From an uncultured Chloroflexia bacterium (lineage in GTDB: Bacteria > Chloroflexota > Dehalococcoidia > DSTF01 > JACRBR01), in the NCBI GenBank assembly GCA_963743185.1, contig CAVUOT010000002.1, forward strand, positions 261,781 to 325,780: 64,000 bases of DNA, written 5' to 3'. Shown piece by piece: positions 50,475 to 60,541 of the stretch; within the stretch, counting starts at the first letter, position 1; each line of letters starts with the position of its first letter. The notes under the pieces were generated by a model that did not search any database, was not told where the DNA came from, and worked only from the letters and a program-made list of their open reading frames with translations. The translations under genes and the position numbers were made by a program.

Positions 50475-52868
50475 GTGGCCGCAAGGACGCGAGCGAAGCC
50501 ATCGGGACGCGGCCGCGGCAAGCCGCCGGTGAAGGCCGTCGGCAAGCGGCGCAGCGGCCAGTCGCCGTATCAGACCGTCCATGACCTGCTGATCCGGCGC
50601 GAGAGCATCGGCGTGGCGCTCATCGTGCTGGCCGTGCTGGCGGTGCCATGGCTCGTGCCCTTCACCGCGGGATTGGCCGACGCGCGCAACCGGTTCGTCG
50701 AGACCTTCGGCCTGTTGATCTTCGCGTGGATCGCCCTGTTCCTCGGCGCTGGCTGGCTGGTGATCCGGGACGAGCAGTCCGTCTTGTGGCGGGACTGGAA
50801 GCCGGTCGTTATCGCGCTGCTCTCCGGCCTGTTCCTGATCGGGTTCTTCGGATTCTTCCGGCCGGAGTGGAGCCTGGGCGACGTTGCGCTGTCAGCGCAC
50901 ACCGCCGGCGGCGACCTCGGACAATGGTTGGCGGGCAACCCGATCGGCCTGCTCGGCTGGCTCGTTGCTGGGCTCGCTGCGTTCTCGCTGGCATTCCCGC
51001 AGCTGGCCGCGGCGGCCGTGCAGAACTCGCCCGGAGCGGCGCGGCGCGTCTGGGGCTGGCAGATCCCCCAGCGCGCCGGCCACAACGCCCGCCGCGGGTT
51101 CGAGTTCATCTTCCCCACGAAGCCGGCGCCGCAGGGATCCGTGAAGGTGCCGCTCGACTCGGAGATGTGGGCGCGCACGTCGGGCGCATCGGCCGAGGCC
51201 GGCGTCGAGGACGACGAGGAAGAGGAGGAGCCGGTACAGGCCTCCCTCTTCCCCGAGCTCGACCAGGAGGACGAAGATACCCCGTCCGTGACGACGGACG
51301 AACGCGGCAACCGGCGTTCACGCGACGGCTGGCAGTTGCCCGCGATGGACGTGCTGATCGATAAGGCGCCCGTGGTCACCGGCGCGGCGGACAACGCGCA
51401 GCGCGCCGCCCTGATCGAGGAGACCCTGGCGAGCTTCGGCGTGGACGCCCGGGTCGTGCAGATAAACGAGGGGCCGACCGTCACCCAGTTCGGCATCGAA
51501 CCGGGCTGGGAGATCCGGACGCGCACCGTTGTGGAGCGCGATAAGGACAACAAGCCGCTCGTCGACGGCAACGGGCAGCCGAAGACGCGCGTCGAAGAGG
51601 TGTCGCGCACGCGCGTGCGCGTGCAGCAGATCACGTCGCTGGCAAACGACCTCGCGCTCGCGCTCGCGGCGTCGTCGATCCGCATCGAGGCGCCCGTGCC
51701 CGGCAAGCCCGTGCTTGGCATCGAGGTGCCGAACACGAGCAAGTCGCTCGTCACGCTGCGCAGCGTCGTCGAGAGCCAGCAATTCCAGAAGGCCGCCCAG
51801 AAGAGCAAGATCACGCTCGCTCTGGGGCAGAGCGTGTCCGGCGAGCCGATCGTCGCGGATCTCGCCAGGATGCCGCACCTGCTGATCGCCGGCACGACGG
51901 GCTCCGGCAAGTCCGTGTGCATGAACGCCATCATCTCCTGCATCCTCATGCACGCCTCGCCCGCGGAAGTGCGCTTCGTGATGATCGACCCGAAGCGCGT
52001 CGAGCTCTCGGCCTTTGCGCCGATCCCGCATCTGGCGTTCTCGCACATCGTCGTCGAGATGGACAAGGTGGTGGGGACGCTGCAGGCGGTGATCCACGAG
52101 ATGGAGTCGCGCTACCGCAAGTTCGCCTCCATCGCCGTGCGCAATATCGACGGCTACAACCACAGCCCGCGCTCGCTCGACAAGATGCCGTACTGGGTCG
52201 TCGTGATCGACGAGCTGGCCGACCTGATGATGGCGGCGCCCTTCGAAGTCGAGCGCCAGATCTGCCGGTTGGCCCAGCTCGCACGGGCGACCGGCATCCA
52301 TCTCGTCGTCGCGACGCAGCGGCCGTCGGTCGACGTCATCACGGGGCTGATCAAGGCCAACTTCCCCACGCGCATCGCGTTCGCCGTGAGCTCGCACGTC
52401 GATTCGCGCACCATCCTCGACATGGCCGGGGCGGAGAAGCTGCTCGGACGCGGTGACATGCTCTACATGGCGCCCGACGCGGCGAAGCCGAAGCGCCTGC
52501 AGGGCGTCTTCGTCTCGGACGAAGAGATCGAGCGGCTCGTGGAGTTCTGGACGCACGAACGCTTCTCTGACATCGAACGCCCGACGTACGACCACCTGTA
52601 CGACGAGGCGAAAGCCGAGCTCGATCAGGAGGGCGCGAGCGACGACATGTTCGAGAAGGCCAAGGAGCTCGCCTTCGAGCACAATCGCATCTCGACGTCG
52701 CTCATCCAGCGACGCCTCCGCCTCGGCTATCCGCGGGCCGCGCGGCTGATGGACATGCTCGAAGAACAGGGCATCGTGGGCCCGAACGAGGGCGGCGGCT
52801 CACGCCAGGTTCACAACCCGGAAGACAAGCCGATGTTCACCGCGCCCCCCGACGAACTGCGGTTCTGA
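50475..52868 (+). CDS. ftsK: DNA translocase FtsK/SpoIIIE.
   Basis: N-terminal transmembrane segments, then Walker A (LIAGTTGSGKSVCMNAI), then VVVIDELADLMM and IHLVVATQRPSVDVITG, and a gamma-domain-like tail. The GTG at 50475 sits just after the rnj stop. Confidence 0.9.
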   Translation: MAARTRAKPSGRGRGKPPVKAVGKRRSGQSPYQTVHDLLIRRESIGVALIVLAVLAVPWLVPFTAGLADARNRFVETFGLLIFAWIALFLGAGWLVIRDEQSVLWRDWKPVVIALLSGLFLIGFFGFFRPEWSLGDVALSAHTAGGDLGQWLAGNPIGLLGWLVAGLAAFSLAFPQLAAAAVQNSPGAARRVWGWQIPQRAGHNARRGFEFIFPTKPAPQGSVKVPLDSEMWARTSGASAEAGVEDDEEEEEPVQASLFPELDQEDEDTPSVTTDERGNRRSRDGWQLPAMDVLIDKAPVVTGAADNAQRAALIEETLASFGVDARVVQINEGPTVTQFGIEPGWEIRTRTVVERDKDNKPLVDGNGQPKTRVEEVSRTRVRVQQITSLANDLALALAASSIRIEAPVPGKPVLGIEVPNTSKSLVTLRSVVESQQFQKAAQKSKITLALGQSVSGEPIVADLARMPHLLIAGTTGSGKSVCMNAIISCILMHASPAEVRFVMIDPKRVELSAFAPIPHLAFSHIVVEMDKVVGTLQAVIHEMESRYRKFASIAVRNIDGYNHSPRSLDKMPYWVVVIDELADLMMAAPFEVERQICRLAQLARATGIHLVVATQRPSVDVITGLIKANFPTRIAFAVSSHVDSRTILDMAGAEKLLGRGDMLYMAPDAAKPKRLQGVFVSDEEIERLVEFWTHERFSDIERPTYDHLYDEAKAELDQEGASDDMFEKAKELAFEHNRISTSLIQRRLRLGYPRAARLMDMLEEQGIVGPNEGGGSRQVHNPEDKPMFTAPPDELRF

Positions 52869-52980
52869 CCCCACCGTCTCGCGCCCTGCTGCGCCGCGCC
52901 TGCAAGACATCGTAGGGGCGTCCCTCGGGCTCGCCCGCGCCTCGGTGAGAACTCATCCGCCGCGTGTGCGAGCCTGCGAC

Positions 52981-54804
52981 TTACGACGCCGGAGCGTCGG
53001 CGATGCGCACGACGGCGTCATCTGGTAGATCGCGCTGCTGTAGGAGCCACAGCCGGAAGTACCGGCCGCGAAGGCTCAGCAGCTCGTCGTGCGTGCCCTG
53101 CTCGACGATCTCGCCGTGGTGCAGGACGATGATGCGGTTCGCGCTCCGCACCGTTGCCAGGCGGTGCGCGATGATGATGCTCGTCCGCCGCTCGGTCAGC
53201 CGCTCCAGGCTCTCTTGGATCAGTGCTTCGGTCTCCGAGTCGATGTTTGCCGTGGCTTCGTCCAGCACCAGCATCACCTCCGGATCGAATGCCACGGAGC
53301 GCGCGAACGCTAGGAGTTGCTTCTGGCCCGTGCTGAGGTTCGCGCCGCGCTCGACCAGGTGGTGCTGGTAGTTGTCCGGCAACTGGTTGATGAAACGGTC
53401 GGCACCGACGAGGCGCGCGGCGTCGCGTACCTGCGACGGTGAGATCGACTCGTCGCGCAGGCGGATGTTCTCCTCGATCGTCCCGGTGAAGATGAACGGA
53501 TCCTGCAGCACCAGGCCGATGTGCTTGCGCACGTGGTGCTGCTTCACTTTCGAGATGTCGTAGCCGTCCAGCAAGATGCGCCCGTGCTGAATGTCGTAGA
53601 AGCGGAGGAGCAGGTTGATGAGACTGGTCTTGCCCGCCCCGGTCGCGCCGACGAACGCGATGCGCTCGCCGGGTGCGATCGTGAAGCTCACGTCCTTCAA
53701 CACCCACGTGCCCGGCGTGTAGGCGAACGACACGTGGTCGAACTCGACGGCCCCGGCCACCTTCGCCGGCAGGTCGAGCGCCTGCTCGTCGTCCTGCACC
53801 CCCTCGGGCTCGTCGAGCAGCGTGAAGATCCGTTCGAGCGCGGCCATGGCGGACTGCAGAATGTTGAAGCGGTCAGCGATCTCTCGCACCGGGTTGTAGT
53901 ACATGCTCACGAGCTGGAGGAACGCGACGAAGCGGCCCGTCGTGAGCGTCTCGTGTAACACCATGCGACCGCCGATGACGATGATCAGGCCAGCGGTGAT
54001 AGCCGAGACCATGGCGACCACTGGCTCGAACAGCGCGTACGAGTGGACGACCTCCATGTTGGCATCGAGCAGCCGCTGGCTGTGCCCGCGGAACTCGTCA
54101 TTGTCCCGGCGCTGCCGGCCGAACAGCTGGACGAGCAGCATGCCGCTGATGTGCTCGGCCGTGAAGCCGTTCAGCCGCGCGATGTGCAGCCGCTGCTTGC
54201 GGAACGAGTTGCGCATCACCACCGCGAACCAGCGCATGATCACGGCCAGCACCGGCATGATCACGAACGTGACGAGCGCCAGCTTCCAGCTGATCCAGAG
54301 CAGCGCGCCCGCGACGCCCGCGATGATGAACAGATCGGCGATGATGATCATCGCCCCCGCTGTCAGCAGATCGTTCAGAGCCGCGATGTCGTTCGTCAGG
54401 CGCGTGACGAGCCGGCCCACCGGATTGCCGTCGTAGAAGGCGATCGACATGCGCTGCAGGTGGCGGAAGAGCTGGATGCGCAGATCGTTCATGACCTTCT
54501 GCGCGACCAGAACCATCTGCAACGCATGGATATAGCGGAAGACGAAGCCGACGAGGAGCACCGCTATGTAGAGGCCGGCGATCCACGGCAGGTCTCCCGT
54601 CTTGCCCTTGGACACGTCGCGGTCGATAGCCTGCTGTACGAGGAACGGCTGGGCAAGCGTCAGCGCCGTCGTCGCCAGCAGCAGCGCCAGCGCCAGCCCC
54701 ACTCGCCAGATGTACGGCCGCATGTACGGCGCGAAGCGCCGCACGAGGCGCGAGTCGTACGCCTTGCCTATCGCATCGTCCTCTTCGTGATAGCCGATGC
54801 TCAT
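52981..54804 (-). CDS. ABC exporter, fused permease plus ATPase.
   Basis: Six transmembrane segments, then Walker A (GATGAGKTSL), the LSTGQKQLLAFAR signature and Walker B (LVLDEATANID). Confidence 0.85.
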   Translation of the reverse strand: MSIGYHEEDDAIGKAYDSRLVRRFAPYMRPYIWRVGLALALLLATTALTLAQPFLVQQAIDRDVSKGKTGDLPWIAGLYIAVLLVGFVFRYIHALQMVLVAQKVMNDLRIQLFRHLQRMSIAFYDGNPVGRLVTRLTNDIAALNDLLTAGAMIIIADLFIIAGVAGALLWISWKLALVTFVIMPVLAVIMRWFAVVMRNSFRKQRLHIARLNGFTAEHISGMLLVQLFGRQRRDNDEFRGHSQRLLDANMEVVHSYALFEPVVAMVSAITAGLIIVIGGRMVLHETLTTGRFVAFLQLVSMYYNPVREIADRFNILQSAMAALERIFTLLDEPEGVQDDEQALDLPAKVAGAVEFDHVSFAYTPGTWVLKDVSFTIAPGERIAFVGATGAGKTSLINLLLRFYDIQHGRILLDGYDISKVKQHHVRKHIGLVLQDPFIFTGTIEENIRLRDESISPSQVRDAARLVGADRFINQLPDNYQHHLVERGANLSTGQKQLLAFARSVAFDPEVMLVLDEATANIDSETEALIQESLERLTERRTSIIIAHRLATVRSANRIIVLHHGEIVEQGTHDELLSLRGRYFRLWLLQQRDLPDDAVVRIADAPAS

Positions 54805-56579
54805 GACGCCCCGCCCGCTTCTTCCGCGTCCTCGTCGAGCTGCTGCTCCAGGCGCTGGCGCCGGTCGAGCTGCGCGTACTGCCCGCCGCTGGCGACCAGT
54901 TCGTCGTGCGTGCCGCGCTCGACGATGCGGCCGTCCTCGACGACGACGATCTGGTCAGCCCACTTCACCGAAGAGACCCGGTGCGCGATGATCACCGCCG
55001 TGCGGCCGGCGATGTACTCGCGCACGCCGGCGAGAATGCGCTCCTCCGTGTACACATCGACGTGTGAGAGCGCGTCATCGAAGATCAGGATCGGCGCCTC
55101 GTGGGACAGCGCACGCGCGATGGCGACGCGCTGCTTCTGCCCGCCGGAGAGCGACACGCCGCGCTCGCCGACCATGGTCTGCATGCCCATCGGTAAGTCC
55201 GGGATGTCGTTCGCCAGCTGCGAGAGCCGCACCGCCTGTTCGACGCGCGAGGGATCCGTGTCGCCCGCCCATGCGACGTTCTCCTCGAGAGTCGCTGAGA
55301 ACAGGAACGATTCCTGCGGGACGAACGCCACGGATCGGTGGAGTTGCTCCAGCGGGATCTCGCGCACGTCGTGCCCGTCGATCGCTACCCGCCCGGCCCG
55401 GACGTCGTACACGCGGGCGATCAAGTTGACGAGCGTCGTCTTGCCCGATCCGGTGGGGCCGACGACCGCGAGCGTCGTGCCCGCCGGCACATCGAGCGTC
55501 ACGTCGTGAAGGACGGGGCGGTTGAAGTAGCCGAAGCTGACGCGATCGAACTGAATGGCGCCGCGCAGCATGGGCAGCGGCGTCACACCCGGCGCGTCGG
55601 CGATGGCGGGCTTCCGGGCAAGCACCTCCTCGACGCGCTCCATCGAGGCCGCGGCTTGCTGGTACAGGTTCAGCGTCCAGCCCAGGTTCACCATTGGCAT
55701 CGACAGCAGGACGATGTAGCTGTTGAACTGCACGAACTGCCCGAGCGTGATGGCGCCGGACTTGACTTCGATCGCCCCGACGTAAATGACGATCACCGTG
55801 CTCAGCCCGATCAGCACCAGCAGAAGCGGGTTCAGTGCCATGGCGAGCCGCGCCAGGTCAACGTTCGCGCGCTCGAACGCGTCGGCCTGGCGCTGGAAGG
55901 CCGTAGCCTCGTTCTCCTCCTGCACGTAGGCCTTGACGACGCGTGCGCCGGAGAAGTTCTCCTGCACGAACGTCGACAACGCGCCGAACTGCGTCTGCAC
56001 CGCGTGGTAGCGCCGCTCGATGATGCCGCCGAGCCAGACGAAGATCAACGTGATGAACGGAAGCGGCAGCGTGGCGAGCAGCGCCAGCTTCACGTCGATC
56101 GTCAGCATGATGATCAGCCCCGCGACGAACAGCAGCACCGACCGGCAGAGATCCATTAACCCCGGACCGAGGAATTCGCGCACCGTCGTCACGTCGTTGG
56201 AGACGCGAGCCATCAGGTCGCCGGTTTGGTGGTCCTGGAAGAACTTCTGGTCAAGCGACTGGATGTGCGCATACACGTCGTTCCGCAGATCGTATTCCAT
56301 CTTGCGGGACGATCCGCTCACGTAGACGCGCGTGATGAATCGCATACCGCTATCGACGGCCTGGATGCCGATCGTCAGCGCGGCGAAGATCAGCAGTCGT
56401 CCCGTCGATCGATCGCTGCGGAAGCTATCGATCGCGCGCCCCAGCACGTACGGCGCCATGATGCTCGCACCTGAGGCGATGGCGAGCGCAACGAGGCCGA
56501 TCGACATGCGCAATCGATAGCGGACGATGTACGGCCACAGGCGTGAAACGAAAGTCACGGGAGCCTTCGACAAGGACAA
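54801..56579 (-). CDS. ABC exporter, fused permease plus ATPase. It is the probable heterodimer partner of the previous gene.
   Basis: GPTGSGKTTL, LSGGQKQRVAIARAL and ILIFDDALSHVD. It overlaps the previous gene by 4 nt. Confidence 0.85.
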   Translation of the reverse strand: MSLSKAPVTFVSRLWPYIVRYRLRMSIGLVALAIASGASIMAPYVLGRAIDSFRSDRSTGRLLIFAALTIGIQAVDSGMRFITRVYVSGSSRKMEYDLRNDVYAHIQSLDQKFFQDHQTGDLMARVSNDVTTVREFLGPGLMDLCRSVLLFVAGLIIMLTIDVKLALLATLPLPFITLIFVWLGGIIERRYHAVQTQFGALSTFVQENFSGARVVKAYVQEENEATAFQRQADAFERANVDLARLAMALNPLLLVLIGLSTVIVIYVGAIEVKSGAITLGQFVQFNSYIVLLSMPMVNLGWTLNLYQQAAASMERVEEVLARKPAIADAPGVTPLPMLRGAIQFDRVSFGYFNRPVLHDVTLDVPAGTTLAVVGPTGSGKTTLVNLIARVYDVRAGRVAIDGHDVREIPLEQLHRSVAFVPQESFLFSATLEENVAWAGDTDPSRVEQAVRLSQLANDIPDLPMGMQTMVGERGVSLSGGQKQRVAIARALSHEAPILIFDDALSHVDVYTEERILAGVREYIAGRTAVIIAHRVSSVKWADQIVVVEDGRIVERGTHDELVASGGQYAQLDRRQRLEQQLDEDAEEAGGAS

Positions 56580-56769
56580 AGATGTGCGGGCAACCGTTGA
56601 TTTTACGTGCCGCTAAGGGCGCGCGGTAGTACAATCCTGTACGTCCACGCACGAACCCGGAATCGTGAGGATGACTTCACGTATCGCTTGACACAGGACA
56701 CGGTATCGGAGATTGTAGTGCCACCTGCGGGTTGGAGGAGACATATTCTCTTGAAGGGAGACGCGAGAA

Positions 56770-58497
56770 ATGGCCGGTAGCTACTGGGAGCGGATGACCA
56801 CGCAACGGGTTTCGCGGCGGCGCGTGCTGCAGACGACGGGGGTCGCCGGCGCTGCGGCTGGCGCGGTCTGGCTGGTCGGCTGTGGAGGCGGTAGTAGCTC
56901 CGGGAAGACACCCGCGGCGGGCGGTTCGCCCACGGCGGCTGGCGGAACCACACCGGCCGATGCTGGACCCCCGAAGTTGGGCGGCCGATACAAGGGCTTC
57001 GTTCAGGGCGCGTGGGGCACGATCGACCCCGTGGTGTCCGTCGGTAACGCGACCGGCATCATGCCCTACTTCTACAACACCCTGATCAGCCGGTCTAACG
57101 TCGATCCGAAGTTCACGTTCTACGACCTGGCGCAATCGTTCGAGCAGCCGGATGACTCGACGTACATCTTCAAGATTCGGCCCGGTGTGAAGCTCGCCCC
57201 CAACAGCCTGGGCATCCCCGAGCGGGACATGGACTCCCAGGATCCACAGAAGTGGATCGAGCGCATTCGCGCGGAGAACGACGCGATCCTCCGAAAGTTC
57301 ACGGAACCCTGGCTCGACTCCTCGGCGGCCGCCGCTGATACGTGGCAGTTCAAGACCAAGGGCCCGTACGCGTACTCTCTCAGCACGATCGGGCGGGCGC
57401 TGGCCGGCTGCATTCCGCCGCGGGAGACATACGAACAGAAGATCGACCTCAAGGCGCAAGCCGTCGGCGCAGGCCCGTACGTGATCAAGCCGGGCTCGTA
57501 CCAGGAATCTGGTGCGGTGTCCCTCGATCGCAACCCGAACTACTACAGGAAAGACGACAAGTACGGTCTGCAGATGCCGTTCTACGAAGGCATCGATGTG
57601 GTCCTCATCACCGACCGGCAGGCGCGCAAGACGGCGTTCCTCGGCAAGCAGACCTACAACTACGACCCGCAGGACGCAGCCGAGGCCAAGGATCTGGTCA
57701 GCCAGAACAAGGAGCTGTACATCTCACGTGCGCCCAGCTTCGCGTTCATCTCCTTCAGCATGAACCCGACGCGCGATCCATGGAAAGACGACCGCATCCG
57801 CCAGGCCGCCACGCACGCGCTCGACCGTCAGCAGTTCGTCGATCTGATCGTCGGTAATGGCGAGGGCAAGCCGAATGGCCTCGTACACTGGCCCACCGGT
57901 CCGTATGCCTTCACGGACGACGAGCTGAACACGGACCAGCGCCAGAGCTATGACCCGAAGAAGTCGAAGGAGCTCATCAAAGCAGCGACCGGCAACGACA
58001 CGGTTAAGGTCAAGATCACCTATCCGATCAGCGATATCCAGTACCACAACAAGCACCTGCCGATCTTCCTCAAGCAGATGAAGGATGCAGGATTCGATGT
58101 CCAGGAGGATCCAAAGGACTTCACCGGATGGCTCGGTGACTACACGGACGTCAAGTACGACGCGTCGCTGTCGCTCAACCAGATCTACGAGACCCCGGAG
58201 ATCGCGCTCGACTGGCAGCACTCCAAGGGTCCCGCAGGCGACGGCCACTTCGCCATTGGTGTCGGCGCAATTCACCCCGAGGTCGACGAGGCGATCATCA
58301 ACTCGAAGAAGGCAACGAGCCTCGAGGACCTCATCGCAAGGGTGAAGGCGGCCCAGGACGTGGTGTACAAGGCAGGACCGTCCTTCCTCCCCATCATGTC
58401 CTGGTACGGCTATACCAACTACTGGAACTTCGTGAAGAACGTCCATGTGCTGGGCGACACGGGCACGTTCGTCACAGACGAGTGGTTGGACCTGTAA
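56770..58497 (+). CDS. ABC-transporter solute-binding protein, family 5 (peptide/nickel type), exported as a Tat-lipoprotein.
   Basis: Twin-arginine motif SRRRVLQ, lipobox LVGCGGG, and an OppA/DppA-like body. Confidence 0.85.
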   Translation: MAGSYWERMTTQRVSRRRVLQTTGVAGAAAGAVWLVGCGGGSSSGKTPAAGGSPTAAGGTTPADAGPPKLGGRYKGFVQGAWGTIDPVVSVGNATGIMPYFYNTLISRSNVDPKFTFYDLAQSFEQPDDSTYIFKIRPGVKLAPNSLGIPERDMDSQDPQKWIERIRAENDAILRKFTEPWLDSSAAAADTWQFKTKGPYAYSLSTIGRALAGCIPPRETYEQKIDLKAQAVGAGPYVIKPGSYQESGAVSLDRNPNYYRKDDKYGLQMPFYEGIDVVLITDRQARKTAFLGKQTYNYDPQDAAEAKDLVSQNKELYISRAPSFAFISFSMNPTRDPWKDDRIRQAATHALDRQQFVDLIVGNGEGKPNGLVHWPTGPYAFTDDELNTDQRQSYDPKKSKELIKAATGNDTVKVKITYPISDIQYHNKHLPIFLKQMKDAGFDVQEDPKDFTGWLGDYTDVKYDASLSLNQIYETPEIALDWQHSKGPAGDGHFAIGVGAIHPEVDEAIINSKKATSLEDLIARVKAAQDVVYKAGPSFLPIMSWYGYTNYWNFVKNVHVLGDTGTFVTDEWLDL

Positions 58498-58507
58498 CGG
58501 AGCCGAC

Positions 58508-59456
58508 GTGCAACAGTACATCGCCCGGCGCGTGATCCAGTCGATCGTTATGCTGGTCGCGCTCTCGATCCTCGTGTTCTTGCTGCTGCGAATCGCGCCG
58601 GGTGCCGACCCGGCGCGCATTCGCTGCGGACTCACCTGCACCGACGATCGGTACCAGGCGATCCGGCAGGAGATGGGGCTCGATGACTCCTACTTCAGCC
58701 AGTACATGCACTGGGCGAAGCAAGTCGTGACGGGCAGTTTGGGACGTGACTGGAACGGCGGCACGGTCGCTAACGAGATGCGCCACCGCTTGCCTGTGAC
58801 CGTCGAGCTCATGCTCCTCACGATCCTCGCCACCATCCTCATCGGTATTCCGTTCGGCATGCTGTCGGCATTGTTCCGCAACTCTCCGATTGACTTCCTT
58901 GTGCGATTCGGCGCCGCGATGGGACTTGGCGGTGCCGAGCTTCTGGATCGCCACGCTGACACTACTCATCCCGCTGAAGTTGTGGGGTTACGCGCCCCCC
59001 ATCACGAAAACGATCAGCTTCTTAGACAATCCGGCGGGCAACCTGCGCCAGTTCGTGCCGCCCGCCCTCATTCTCGGCGCGGTCGCGGCCGCCCAGGTCT
59101 CGCGCCTGACGCGCTCTGCCATGCTCGAGGTCATGTTCAAAGACTTCATCCGCACCGCTCGCGCCAAGGGGCTCGGTCAAGGCGCCATCATCTTTCGGCA
59201 CGCGCTTCGAAACTCGCTGATCCCCGTGATGACTGTGATCGGCCTCCAGATCGCCGCCGAACTTGGTGGCGCCGTCATCATCGAGAACATCTTCAACTTG
59301 CATGGCGTCGGCAACTACACGCTGGACGCCCTGATTCGAAAGGACTTCGCCATCACGCAGACGCTGACCATGTATATCGCGGTGATGGTCGTGTCCATGA
59401 ACCTCCTGGTAGACCTCGGCTACGCCTGGCTCGACCCGCGCATCCGGTACACCTAG
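58508..59456 (+). CDS. ABC permease (DppB/OppB-like), with an apparent 1-nt insertion near 58928.
   Basis: VQQYIARRVIQSIVMLVALSILVF...IDFLVRFGAAMGL is in one frame. PSFWIATLTLLIPLKLWGY...DPRIRYT continues in a second frame (ORF 58890..59456). Confidence 0.8.
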
Positions 59457-59458
59457 AT

Positions 59459-60367
59459 ATGGAAATTTCCGACCGCAGCCCGGCCATCGCCGGCCCGCTC
59501 GATTGGACCCTGCGAAAGGTCACGCGCCGGCATCGCATCTGGCGTATCGTCCGCGACAATCCCCTCGGCGTAATCGGGCTGGTCATCGTGATCGCCCTCG
59601 TATTCGTTGCGGCTTCCGCTCCGTTGATCGCGCCTCATCCGCCTGACGAGCTCGGCACCCGCGCCACACAACTCCTGGGCCCATCGGGAAGTCACCCGTT
59701 CGGCACCGATGACCTCGGGCGCGATATGCTGAGCCGCGTCATCTACGGCGCACGCATCTCCCTCATGGTGGGGCTCTTCTCCGTGCTCTTCGGTACGATG
59801 GTCGGCACCGCCATCGGCATCATCGCCGGATACGTCGGTGGAATCCTGGATGCGATCATCTCGCGCATCGTCGACATGATGATCGCCTTCCCCGTCCTGC
59901 TGCTGCTGCTGATACTCAGGCAGGTCCTGGGCCCGTCGGCACAAACCCTGGTCGTCGCCATTGGCATCGCCATCATCCCGGGGATATCGCGCGTGGTTCG
60001 CGGCGAAGTCGTTTCCCAGCGCAACAACCAGTACGTGGAGGCGGCTGTCGCCCTGGGCGCGGGTACGCCCCGCATCCTCTTCTTCCATATCCTGCCAAAC
60101 ATCGCGGCCCTGGCGATCATCGTCATGACGTCGTTGCTTGGCGGGGCTGTGCTCGCCGAAGCGGCGCTATCGTTCCTCGGCCTCGGCATTCCGAGCAGCG
60201 TCACCTGGGGCGGCGACGTCAACGCCGCCCGGCTCAGCCAGCACGCGACGATCGCGTGGGCGTTCTTCCCGGGCGCCGCGATCGCCCTCACTGTGCTCGG
60301 GTTCAGCCTGTTCGGCGACGCCCTGCGCGACATCTTCGACCCGCGTCTACGCAGCCAGCGCCAGTAG
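59459..60367 (+). CDS. ABC permease (DppC/OppC-like).
   Basis: GTDDLGRDMLSRVIYGARISL...RIVDMMIAFPVLLL. The ATG is 3 nt after the dppB-like stop. Confidence 0.85.
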   Translation: MEISDRSPAIAGPLDWTLRKVTRRHRIWRIVRDNPLGVIGLVIVIALVFVAASAPLIAPHPPDELGTRATQLLGPSGSHPFGTDDLGRDMLSRVIYGARISLMVGLFSVLFGTMVGTAIGIIAGYVGGILDAIISRIVDMMIAFPVLLLLLILRQVLGPSAQTLVVAIGIAIIPGISRVVRGEVVSQRNNQYVEAAVALGAGTPRILFFHILPNIAALAIIVMTSLLGGAVLAEAALSFLGLGIPSSVTWGGDVNAARLSQHATIAWAFFPGAAIALTVLGFSLFGDALRDIFDPRLRSQRQ

Positions 60368-60541
60368 TTCATGCCTCACGCCACCGGACCACCGGTGGCC
60401 GCCGCGCCTTGAGTCGGTCGTGCGCACTCCTCGTGCGCGGTAGGTGAACCCCAATTCCCGATCCGGCCGTCATTCTTGACGGTGGCGCAGGCGTGCCGTA
60501 GCGTGGGCCTCAGCGCGCCTGCATCAGATCAAGGAGCCCGA

